Source: Macrostomum lignano (lineage: Eukaryota). Taken from it: 40,232 bases of DNA. The position numbers and the translations under genes are program-made. This document shows, piece by piece, positions 30,301-40,232 of this stretch. How positions within the stretch are numbered: the stretch's first letter is position 1; each line of letters begins with the position of its first letter. The stretch lies in NCBI GenBank assembly GCA_002269645.1, contig NIVC01004630.1, positions 1-40,232 of the forward strand. The letters are read 5' to 3'. The notes beneath the pieces were generated by a model. The model saw only the letters and a program-made list of their open reading frames with translations. It had not been told where the DNA came from and did not search any database.

Positions 30301-33189
30301 ATTGCAACCCCCAGTCCTTTAATTATCGATCCATTGCAACCCTCAGTCCTTTAATTATCGATCCATTGCAACCCTCAGTCCTTTAACTATCGATCCACTG
30401 CAACCCCCAGTGCTTTAATTATCGATCCATTGCAACAGCCAGTCAACTAATTATCGATATTTTTCAGCTTCACACCCTAATTATACAGACTAAATAGAAA
30501 GTAATATTTCGCAAAATTGCAGTCATTGTCGGAGCCGCCAGCGGCCTGGGCATCTTACTAATCATATTCTTCGCCGTCTGTGTCTACATGTAAGAAGTCT
30601 CTTTCAATTCTATGAGTACTTTGATGTAGCTATGTTTTAGATACGAGATTTGGCATGCATAGATTCAATACTTTATTCTCAAAATCGTCGCTCCAGATAC
30701 ACCAGCTCCGGGAGGCAGGCGGCGGAAAAACGCTACATCAATCCCGATTACGCGGCGCAGACAAGCGGCAGCGCAGGAGACGGAAAGCTAGCGTTGAGTG
30801 CGCAGATGTACCATTATCAGCATCAGAAGCAGCAGATGCTGGCGATGGAGAGGCAAGTGGGACCTGCTTGTTTGTGGATTGTCTGCTGAGGATCCGGGAG
30901 GCTGTTACAGAAACTGAGGATCCGGGAGGCTGGCACAGAAACTGAGGATCTGGGAGGCTGGCGGCCCAGAAACTGAGGATCTGAGAGACTGATAGCAACT
31001 GGGGATCTGGGAGGCTGGTGGCCCAGCAACTGAGGATCCGGGAGGCTGGCCTAGCAACTGGGGATCCGGGAGGCTGGCACAGAAACTGAGGATCTGGGAG
31101 GCTGGCGGCCCAGAAACTGGGGATCTGGGAGGCTGACCCAGCAACTGGGGATCTGGGAGGCTGACCCAGCAACTGGGGATCTGGGAGGCTGACCCAGCAA
31201 CTGGGGATCTGGGAGGCTGGAAAAGCAACTGGGGATTTGGGAGGCTGGCCCAGGAACTGAGGATCTGGGAGGCTGGCCCAGCAACTGGGGATCTGGGAGG
31301 CTGGCCCAGCAACTGAGGATCTGGGAGGCTGGCCTAGGAACTGAGGATCTGGGAGGCTGGCCCAGCAACTGGGGATTTGGGAGGCTGGCCCAGGCTCAGA
31401 AACTGATGATCTGGGATGTCAAGCTGCAGATAATTGAGTTGCGAATATATCAGGATTTCCAATGTTTATGATAGGGCTATTTACTGTTATCATTAAATAC
31501 AAATCCAGAATCGCTAACCTACTCTCATGAAGCTCAGTAATTCACTCTATGCAGATCCAACAGCGACCTGCAGCGGGACATGTCAGACGACGACTCAGAT
31601 TTGGAGAATGACGAAGCGGACTTCACAGTGTACGAGTGCCCCGGGCTGGCCACGGTGAGTCGCCTTTGAGGATTTTCACTTCTTAATACAGTGATTCCCT
31701 AACGAAAGATATTGAAAATGTTAATACATTTATCACCTATTAATCAGCTTTGGAATAAGCCACCGGCTTGTCATTCAAACCCTCCCAGATCCTCAGTTGC
31801 TGGGCCAGCCTACCAGATCCTCAGTTCCTAGGCCAGCCTCCCAGATCCTCAGTTCCTAGGCCAGCCTCCCAGATCCTCAGTTGCTGGGCCAGCCTCCCAG
31901 ATCCTCAGTTGCTGGGCCAGCCTCCCAGATCCTCAGTTGCTGGGCCAGCCTCCAAGATCCTCAGTTGCTGGGCCAGCCTCCCAGATCCTCAGTTCCTGGG
32001 CCAGCCTCCCAGATTCTCAGTTGCTGGGCCAGCCTCCCAGATCCTCAGTTGCTGGGCCAACCTCCCAGATCCTCAGTTGCTGGGCCAGCCTCCCAGATCC
32101 TCAGTTGCTGGACCAGCCTCCCAGATCCTCAGTTGCTGGGCCAGCCTCCCAGATCCTCAGTTGCTGGGCCAGCTTCCCAGATCCTCATTTGCTGGGCCAA
32201 CCTCCCAGATCCTCAGTTGCTAGGCGAGCCTCCCAGGTTGTCAGTTACTGGGCCACCAGCCTTCCAGATCCTCAGTTGCTAGGCCAGCCTCCCAGATCCT
32301 CAGTTGCTGGACCAGCCTCCCAGATTCTCAGCTGCTGGGCCAGCCTCCCAGATCCTCAGTTGCTGGGCCAGCTTCCCAGATCCTCATTTGCTGGGCCAAC
32401 CTCCCAGATCCTCAGTTGCTAGGCGAGCCTCCCAGGTTGTCAGTTACTGGGCCACCAGCCTTCCAGATCCTCAGTTGCTGGACCAGCCTCCCAGATTCTC
32501 AGCTGCTGGGCCAGCCTCCCAGATCCTCAGTTGCTGGGCCAGCTTCCCAGATCCTCATTTGCTGGGCCAACCTCCCAGATCCTCAGTTGCTAGGCGAGCC
32601 TCCCAGGTTGTCAGTTACTGGGCCACCAGCCTTCCAGATCCTCATTTGCTGGGCCAGCCTCCCAGATCCTCAGTTGCTGGGCCAGCCTCCCAGATCCTCA
32701 GTTGCTGGGCCAGCTTCCCAGATCCTCAGTTGCTGGGCCAGCTTCCCAGATCCTCATTTGCTGGGCCAACCTCCCAGATCCTCAGTTGCTAGGCGAGCCT
32801 CCCAGGTTGTCAGTTACTGGGCCACCAGCCTTCCAGATCCTCATTTGCTGGGCCAGCCTCCCAGATCCTCAGTTGCTGGGCCAGCCTCCCAGATCCTCAG
32901 TTGCTGGGCCAGCTTCCCAGATACTCAGTTGCTGGGCCAGCTTCCCAGATACTCAGTTACGGAATGTCACCGACCGCAAAATATTTAAAGTTCTGTTTAA
33001 AGAGTGATTTCTTCCGATTAAATGACTGACACGCAGCTTGCAAACTTCAGACACAGTTACTGCCGCAAACCTCATTTACAGACCAAGGAGATGGAAGTCC
33101 GCAATCCACTATTCAAGGAAGATGAGGACGTGGAAGCTGCGGCATCGGCAAGTTCAGCGACTGGTGCATCAACGGAAGACAAGAGATAG
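24357..33189 (+). CDS. NPDC1: Neural proliferation differentiation and control 1 / CAB-1-like type I membrane protein, 8 coding exons, 336 aa
   Basis: Exons 24357-24447 (signal peptide MVKLILVIILLQTFIACLSTA), 25028-25246 (Cys-rich C...CGGC..GF...CVP), 28420-28518, 28890-29060, 30523-30589 (TM), 30697-30852 (GDGKLALSAQMYHYQHQKQQM), 31555-31654 (DFTVYECPGLA), 33082-33189 (EMEVRNPLF). All phases compatible; total 1011 nt. Confidence 0.9.
25490..25890. repeat. GA-rich polypurine simple repeat (NPDC1 intron 2)
   Basis: Read directly. Confidence 0.9.
26505..27097. repeat. 15-bp minisatellite: 26 x CCCCTGGTGCTGGCG then 13 x CCCCTGGTGCTAAAG
   Basis: Counted from the sequence; switch at 26895; one variant unit at 27075. 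Confidence 0.97.
27683..28376. repeat. Minisatellite with 27-bp units changing to 31-bp units near 27980
   Basis: GTTAGGATAAGCTCTAGAACAGGTGTG then GTTAGGATAAGCGCCAGCTAGAACAGGTTTG. Confidence 0.93.
28621..28845. repeat. Degenerate 22-bp minisatellite (GATGGCGCCAAAATAGATTCCA), NPDC1 intron 3
   Basis: About 9-10 units, read directly. Confidence 0.85.
29092..30457. repeat. 31-32-bp minisatellite (CAGTCCTTTAATTATCGATCCATTGCAACCCC), NPDC1 intron 4
   Basis: About 42 units filling almost the whole intron. Confidence 0.95.
30886..31416 (-). repeat. 28-bp minisatellite, left (inverted) array, NPDC1 intron 6
   Basis: Unit GAGGATCTGGGAGGCTGGCCCAGCAACT, about 18 copies. Confidence 0.92.
31779..32958 (+). 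repeat. 28-bp minisatellite, right array, NPDC1 intron 7
   Basis: Unit AGTTGCTGGGCCAGCCTCCCAGATCCTC, the exact reverse complement of the left-array unit; about 41 copies. Confidence 0.92.
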
Positions 33190-33479
33190 ATAGAATTGGA
33201 GCTCATTGCTTCCTTATTTTAGAGTTTTCCTGCTATCGAATAGTGCTTGATATGCTCGATCATGCTCGAATGGTATTCTTGGTGCATGTACCTCGGTATT
33301 TTTTTGCCGAACACGTTATAAACTTGTAGCTTTAAAATTTCATCACGGAGATGTACACGTGATTGAGAGGAAATGCCTCCATTGTGATGTTACATGTAAA
33401 ATATGCATGCAGCTGCCTCTGTGCATGTTAACCCCCAGTAGTATGTTAACTACATGTACATGTATATTGTATATGCTCG

Positions 33480-34405
33480 AGAATTGCCCCCAATCCACTC
33501 AGAATCACCCAAATTCAACTAATGAGAATCGCCCCCAATCCACGATGAGAATCGTCCCAATCCACACTGAGAATCGCCCCCAATCTACACTGAGAATCGC
33601 CCCCAATCTACACTAAGAATCGCCTCCCATCCACTAAGAACCGCCGCCAATCCACACTGAGAATCGCCCCCATTCTACACTAAGAATCTCCCCCAATCCA
33701 CACTGAGAATCGCCCCCAATCCACACTAAGAATTGCCCCAAATCTACACTAAGAATCGCCCCCAATCCACAATGTGAATCGCCAAATCCACACTGAGAAT
33801 CGCCCCCAATCCACGATGAGAATCGTCCCAGTCCACACTGAGAATCGCCCCCAAACTACACTGAGAATCGCAACAATCCACCACTGAGAATGGTCCCAAT
33901 CACACTGAGAATCGCCCCAATCTACCACTGAGAATCGCCCAAATTCACCAGAGTCTCGCCCCATTCACTACGAATCGCCCCAATCCACTTGAGAATCGCC
34001 CAATCCACCTGAGAATCGCCCGCAATCCACAACTGACAATCGCCCCCAATCTACACTGAATCGCCCCAATCCGAACTAAGAATCGCCCCAATCCACACTG
34101 AGAATCGCCCCAATCCACCTGAGAATCGCCCCCAATCCACACTGAGAATCGCCCGAATCCACCTGAGAATCGCCACCAATCCACACTGAGAATCGCCCCA
34201 ATCCACCTGAGAATCGCCCCCAATCCCAATCCACACTGAGAATCGCCCGAATCCACCTGAGAATCGCCCCCAATCCACACTGAGAATCGCCCCAATCCAC
34301 CTGAGAATCGCCCAATCCACACTGAGAATCGCCCAATCCACCTGAGAATCGCCCAATCCACCTGAGAATCGCCCCCAATCCACACTGAGAATCGCCCCAA
34401 ACCCC
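33480..34405. repeat. 21-23-bp minisatellite (CCACACTGAGAATCGCCCCCAAT) between NPDC1 and EDEM2 stops
   Basis: Read directly; about 40 degenerate units. Confidence 0.92.
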
Positions 34406-34942
34406 CAGAGAATAATAACCCGATCTGTTGTTAAGCTGGTATCGTGAACATGTTAAACATTGGCCACAGTACCGCATGCACCCTTGAACCCATACTGTAT
34501 AACAGTATAAGAACATGCACTATAGACCGTTAAGTAAAGTACACCCAATCATAAACGGCCACAATTAACTTTCTGTGCAAGTTGCCTGTAATTTGGCTCC
34601 CAAATGCGGCATTGTAAAACTTGGTGCTAAATCACATTTCTAAAGACAGTATAATTTCCAATAATAACAATATTTATGCTTCCATTATGATTGAATTTTA
34701 TGCCAAGAAACGCCCTAGATCTCCGCAGATGTGCTTGAATGCGCGATATTCGATCATTTAACCCGAATAATTAATTAAAAATATAAAAAACTAATCGATT
34801 AATTATTTATTTAAATTGGTTGCTATGGAATTATTTATTTTCAATTTGATTTTGCAACATTTTCACGTCATTTGCCTGTTCGCTATTAGTAGGCTAATGC
34901 GCAAATTTTATAACAATAATCAACAAAATCTGTAAAAGTCTG

Positions 34943-37900
34943 TCAATTATCCGGCAGGACTTGACCGTGCACAGTTAAACGCTGATGAAACGGTGGAGTA
35001 GGGCAGGTCAGGAGTTCGAATCTGTTAGCTGCTGCCGAATCGGATGATGGTGACATTGTGGAATTTTTATCATCACTGGCGTCAAATGATTGTTCATTTA
35101 TGGGGCCGGAGTCGTCATCCCGATTGCCACCCAATCGGTCAGCAGCCGCGGCTAGCCAGTCTTCATCTTGGGCTTCCAATCCAAGTCCAAGGACTTCTAC
35201 TAGATCGATCTGGGAGGCCTCGGCTGGCCTGGGCGAGTGGCAGCAGTCGAGACAGGCGGCATCAATAGGATGGGCCTCGGTGTTGAACACGTGAGCGCCG
35301 GACCAGACTCTGCAGGCGCCTCGCGGTGTTTGAACCGAGTATCCGCCAGTGCGAGAGGCCGTGTGCAGGAAGTGGTCGGGTGTGAACAGCAGGTACAAAT
35401 ATTTCACTGTCTCGGCTAGGAAGAATGACTCCATGCGATCCTCCAGGCTGTGGTGAAGCACGTTGCTTACCTGAGCAATTGCAATGGGGATTTTACTCAT
35501 AGATCCCTATTTCCCTACTTACAGATCCCTATTTCCCTACTTACAGAATCCCTATCTCCCTACTTACAGATCCCTATTTCCCTACTTACAGATCCCTATC
35601 TCCCTACTTACAGATCCCTATCTCCCTACTTACAGATCCCTATTTCCCTACTTACAGATCCCTATCTCCCTACTTACAGATCCCTATTTCCCTACTTACA
35701 GATCCCTATTTCCCTACTTACAGAATCCCTATTTTCCTACTTACAGATCCCTATTTCCCTACTTACAGATCCCTATTTCCCTACTTACAGAATCCCTATC
35801 TCCCTACTTACAGATCCCTATTTCCCTACTTACAGATCCCTATCTCCCTACTTACAGATCCCTATCTCCCTACTTACAGATCCCTATTTCCCTACTTACA
35901 GATCCCTATCTCCCTACTTACAGATCCCTATTTCCCTACTTACAGATCCCTATTTCCCTACTTACAGATCCCTATTTCCCTACTTACAGATCCCTATTTC
36001 CCTACTTACAGAATCCCTATCTCCCTACTTACAAATCCCTATTTTCCTACTTACAGATCCCTATTTCCCTACTTACAGATCCCTATTTCCCTACTTACAG
36101 AATCCCTATCTCCCTACTTACAGATCCCTATTTCCCTACTTACAGATCCCTATCTCCCTACTTACAGATCCCTATCTCCCTACTTACAGATCCCTATTTC
36201 CCTACTTACAGATCCCTATCTCCCTACTTACAGATCCCTATTTCCCTACTTACAGATCCCTATTTCCCTACTTACAGAATCCCTATCTCCCTACTTACAG
36301 ATCCCTATTTCCCTACTTACAGAATCCCTATCTCCCTACTTACAGATCCCTATTTCCCTACTTACAGATCCCCATCTCCCTACTCACAGATCTCCATCTC
36401 CCTATTCACAGATCCCCATCTCCCCACTCACAGATCTCCATATCCCTATTCACAGATCCACATCTCCCTACTCACAGATCTCCATCTCCCTATTCACAGA
36501 TCCCCATCTCCCTACTCACAGATCTCCATCTCCCTACTTACAGATCTCCATCTCCCTACTCACAGATCTCCATCTCCCTACTCACAGATCTCCATCTCCC
36601 TACTCACAGATCTCCATCTCCCTACTCACAGATCTCCATCTCCCTACTCACAGATCTCCATCTCCCTACTCACAGATCTCCATCTCCCTACTCCGTACAC
36701 AGATCACAGATCCCTGACTCCGTACTCACAGATCTCAATCTCCCTACTTACAGATCTCTATCTCCCTACTCACAATCCCCATCTCCTCATTCACAGATCC
36801 CTGACTCCGTACTCACAGATCCTTATCTCCCTACTCACAGATCCTTATCTCTCTACTCAGATACCTATCTCTCTACTCACAGATCCCCATCTCCCTACTC
36901 ACAGACCCCACCCCCTACTTACGGTAGCGAAACCGCAGTCAGTCCTAGCCATAGTCTCAATGGAATACAGCACATCAACGCCCATCTGCAGCACAGCTGG
37001 ATCGCCAGTGGCCCTATGCAAATAGTAGATACTCTCAATGAGCTCCGGCCGCAGTGGATAGGCCTCTCGGCCTGGCACCGGCTGCGACTTTGGCACGCTG
37101 TAGAACTCTGGCAGAGACCCGTGAGCCTTCCAAACCTGCGCGATGAATAACCAGGTGGATTGGGAGGAGCCCACTGATTGCTAAACAACCGCAAGTTTCG
37201 AACTCACCTGATGATAATTATGCAGAGTGCGCAAGGCCTGGTCAGTGTCCCCAACTAGACTCAGTACGCCAGGCCAGAAAGCGTCTAAACTTTGAAACAC
37301 TGGACTGGTCAGATGGCCCTTGTCCATGTGCACCCAGAAGTACCAGTCGTCCATGCGAACGTGCTTGTTGTAGGCGTCTTTGTAGCCTAAAATGTACATT
37401 AATTCTTCGCATAATAATCATTTTTGTACAGAACCTACGGGCTAACTAAAATTCTATAAACTCTTTTAAGTACCGAGGAACTTCTCTACTCTATCCGTGT
37501 GTCACTCTATATGTGTGTCACTATCCGTGTGTCTGAACTCTATCCATGTGTCACTCTAGCTGTGTGTCACTCTACCCGTGTGTCACTATCCGTGTGTCTG
37601 AACTCTATCCATGTGTCACTCTATCCGTGTGTCACTCTATCCATATGCCACTCTATCTGTGTGTCACACCCGTGTGTCACTCTATCTGTGTCTGAACTCT
37701 ATCCGTGTCACTCTATCCGTGTGTCACTATCCGTGTGTCACTCTATTTGTGTGTCACACCCGTGTGTCACTCTATGTGTCTGAACTCTATCCGTGTGTCT
37801 CTCTATCCGTGTGTCACTCTATTCATATGTCACTCTATCCGTATATCACTCTATCCGTGTGTCACTCTATCCGTGTATCACTCTATCCGTGTATCACTCT

Positions 37901-40232
37901 ATCCATGTGTCACTCTATCCGTGTATCACTCTATCCGTGTATCACTCTATCCGTGTATCGCTCTATCCGTGTGTCACTTTATTTGTATGTCACACCCGTG
38001 TGTCACTCTATCTGTGTCTGAACTCTATCCGTGTCACTCTATCCGTGTGTCTGAACTCTATCCATGTGTCTCTCTATCCGTGTGTCACTCTATCCATATG
38101 TCACTCTATCCATGTGTCACTCTATCCGTGTATCGCTCTATCCGTGTATCACTCTATCCGTGTGTCACTCTATCCGTGTATCACTCTATCCGTGTATCAC
38201 TCTATCCATGTGTCAATCTATCCGTGTATCACTCTATCCGTGTGTCACTCTATCCGTGTGTCACTCTATCTGTGTCTGAACTCTATCCGTGTCACTCTAT
38301 CCGTGTGTCTGAACTCTATCCATGTGTCTCTCTATCCGTGTGTCACTCTATTCATATGTCACTCTATCCATGTGTCACTCTATCCGTGTATCGCTCTATC
38401 CGTGTATCACTCTATCCGTGTATCACTCTATCCGTGTATCACTCTATCCATGTGTCACTCTATCCGTGTATCACTCTATCCGTGTGTCACTCTATCCGTG
38501 TATCACTCTATCCGTGTGTCACTCTATCCGTGTGTCACTCTATATGTGTGGCACTCTATCCATGTGTCACTCTACCCGTGTATCACTCTATCCGTGTATC
38601 GCTCTATCCGTGTATCACTCTATCCGTGTATCGCTCTATCCATGTGTCACTCTATCCGTGTGTCACTCTATCCGTGTATCACTATCCGTGTATCACTCTA
38701 TCCGTGTATCGCTCTATCCATGTGTCACTCTATCCGTGTGTCACTCTATCCGTGTATCACTATCCGTGTATCACTCTATCCGTGTATCACTATTTATGTG
38801 TCAACTAAGCAAAAAGGATCACAGCCAGCCCACATGGCTTACCATTGAACATGCTCACAAGCTCCGGCCGTTGCAGCAGCACCCCAGCCTTGACCAGATA
38901 CTCAAAGTAAGAGTCCACGGCGCTGCCAATACCAGCGTCCAGGGCGGTCCAGCGGCCACGCTGCACATCCACGTGGTTGCCAACCAGGCCAAGCGGGCTG
39001 CGCAACGAGTGCAAAGCGCGAACGGCGCGCATCGCCGCAGACTCAAACGCAGGATCGCCAGTTAATCGACTCAATGCGCCGAATTCCACTAGCAGCGTGC
39101 CAACGCAGGCGGTGCAAGCGACCGGAGTCTCGCCGGGTGGGACGCCTTCAAGTAAAATTCATTTAAAAAAATTACTTCTCTACTACTTTTAGGACCAAAT
39201 TAAATAAGTATTATAAAATAAAAAATAAGCGAATAAGTCTAAGAAATAATAATTTTTTTCGTATTTTATTTTGATATAAAATCTATAAGAATCTAAAATC
39301 TAAAACTGAGCCGAAATCACGGCGCTAAACGTCAAACGAAGCCAGTTTGTGGCGCTAAAATCTAGCCAGTGGCGCTGAAATCTAGCCTGTGGTGCTGAAA
39401 TCTAGCAAGTGGCGCTAAAAAAATCTAGTCTGATGTTAAAATGTAGCCAGTGGTGCTAAATCTAGCCAGTGGCGCCATACATGCGCAGCCTCCGAAATTC
39501 GGTCGGCCATGCGACTTAGTTTTAACAAAAATGCGACGTAGTTTTTGGCCAAAAATGCGACTTACATGTAAAAAAACCCTAAAGCAAAATTAACGCAACT
39601 TTAGGTAAACGGCAGGAGTAACTATGACTGTGTTATTAATCCAAAATGCCTCGTCAGCTACTTAGTACTACTATTTGGTTATTTTTTGGGTGGGCATTTT
39701 TGCGACTTCCTTGGTTGGCCGCCAAATCGGTCGGCCGGATCAGCCGACTCGGCCGACTGTTGCGCATGTATGAGTGGCGCTAAAATGTAGGCCGTGGCGC
39801 TAAAGTCTAGCCAGTGTCGCTAAAGTCTAGCTTGTGGCGCTAAAATCCAGTCTGTGGCGCTAAAATCTAGCCTTTGGCGCTAAAATCTAGTCAGTGGCGC
39901 TAAAATCTGGTCAGTGGCGCTAAAGTCTAGCCAGTGGCGCTAAAATGAAGCCAGTGGCGCTTAAGTCTAGCCTGTGGCGCTAAAATCTAGTCTGTGGCGC
40001 TAAAATTCCGTCTGTTGCGCTAAACTCTAGCCAGTGGCGCTAAAATCTAGCCAGTGGCGCTAAAGTCTAGCCAGTGGCGCTAAAATGAAGCCAGTGGCGC
40101 TAAAGTCTAGCCTGTGGCGCTAAAATCTAGTCTGTGGCGCTAAAATGAAGCAAACCCATGAATCCCATACCATGCAGCAAGTTGACGGTGCATAGGGCAT
40201 GCCAGTGGCGGTGGCAAAGGCCGGCAGGAGTC
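34943..40232 (-). CDS. EDEM2: ER degradation-enhancing alpha-mannosidase-like protein 2 (GH47), 3' part, 5'-partial
   Basis: Exons 40232-40171 (partial; [19 protein letters not shown]), 39145-38843 (GVPPGETP...[17 protein letters not shown]), 37386-37208 (DDWYFWV...[10 protein letters not shown]), 37135-36923 (LPEFY...[10 protein letters not shown]), 35470-34943 ([19 protein letters not shown]...FNTEAHP...LLTCP.PPF..RL...GQV). The C-terminal LLxCP..PF..L..GQV tail is EDEM2-like. One apparent 1-nt deletion near 40191. Confidence 0.92.
35498..36905. repeat. 22-bp minisatellite (CAGATCCCTATTTCCCTACTTA) in EDEM2 intron
   Basis: About 60 units; drifts to CAGATCTCCATCTCCCTACTCA after about 36370. 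Confidence 0.95.
37489..38795. repeat. About 16-bp minisatellite (GTGTCACTCTATCCGT) in EDEM2 intron
   Basis: Read directly; fills almost all of intron 38842-37387. Confidence 0.95.
39320..40150. repeat. 20-bp minisatellite (GTGGCGCTAAAATCTAGCCA) in EDEM2 intron, split by a MITE
   Basis: Arrays at about 39320-39475 and 39773-40150. Confidence 0.92.
39476..39772. mobile_element. hAT-type MITE, 297 bp
   Basis: Perfect 12-bp TIR CATACATGCGCA / TGCGCATGTATG and perfect 8-bp TSD AGTGGCGC on both sides. Confidence 0.88.

Noticed and set aside
30738-34516. Many overlapping Pro/Gln/Ser-rich and Trp/Gly-rich ORFs
   Set aside because: Products of the 28-bp and 23-bp arrays.
35450-39065. Very long ORFs (up to 566 aa) on the + strand
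   Set aside because: Translations of the 22-bp and 16-bp minisatellites in EDEM2 introns.

Overview
Eukaryotic (invertebrate animal) genomic DNA; the host is not identifiable from sequence alone, although minisatellite-filled introns would fit a free-living flatworm such as Macrostomum (weak inference). (1) 1-13694 is the right-hand part of a Polinton/Maverick (adintovirus-like) endogenous virus: integrase C-terminus, minor capsid, basic core protein, major capsid, adenain-like protease, packaging ATPase, two conserved small ORFs, a DnaQ/DEDD-like ORF, an intronless TATA-binding-protein (TBP)-like gene, a probably spliced protein-primed PolB, a Cys-rich/acidic LxCxE protein, and an ACTACT terminus. 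The TBP-like gene is the standout observation. The roughly ten frameshifts in 1-3800 are mostly homopolymer-length changes, and the same kind of lesion occurs in host EDEM2, so the element may really be intact. (2) 13.7-23.4 kb holds nested DNA transposons: hAT-type MITEs and a 7.65-kb CACTA/EnSpm-type element (12-bp TIR, 3-bp TSD) with a deleted transposase and an intact 5-exon accessory gene. (3) 24.4-40.2 kb holds two convergent host genes, NPDC1/cab-1-like (+, 8 coding exons) and the 3' part of EDEM2 (-). Their introns are filled with distinct minisatellites, including one array present in opposite orientations on either side of a single NPDC1 exon. Splice models and motif calls were made by hand; no database searches were run.
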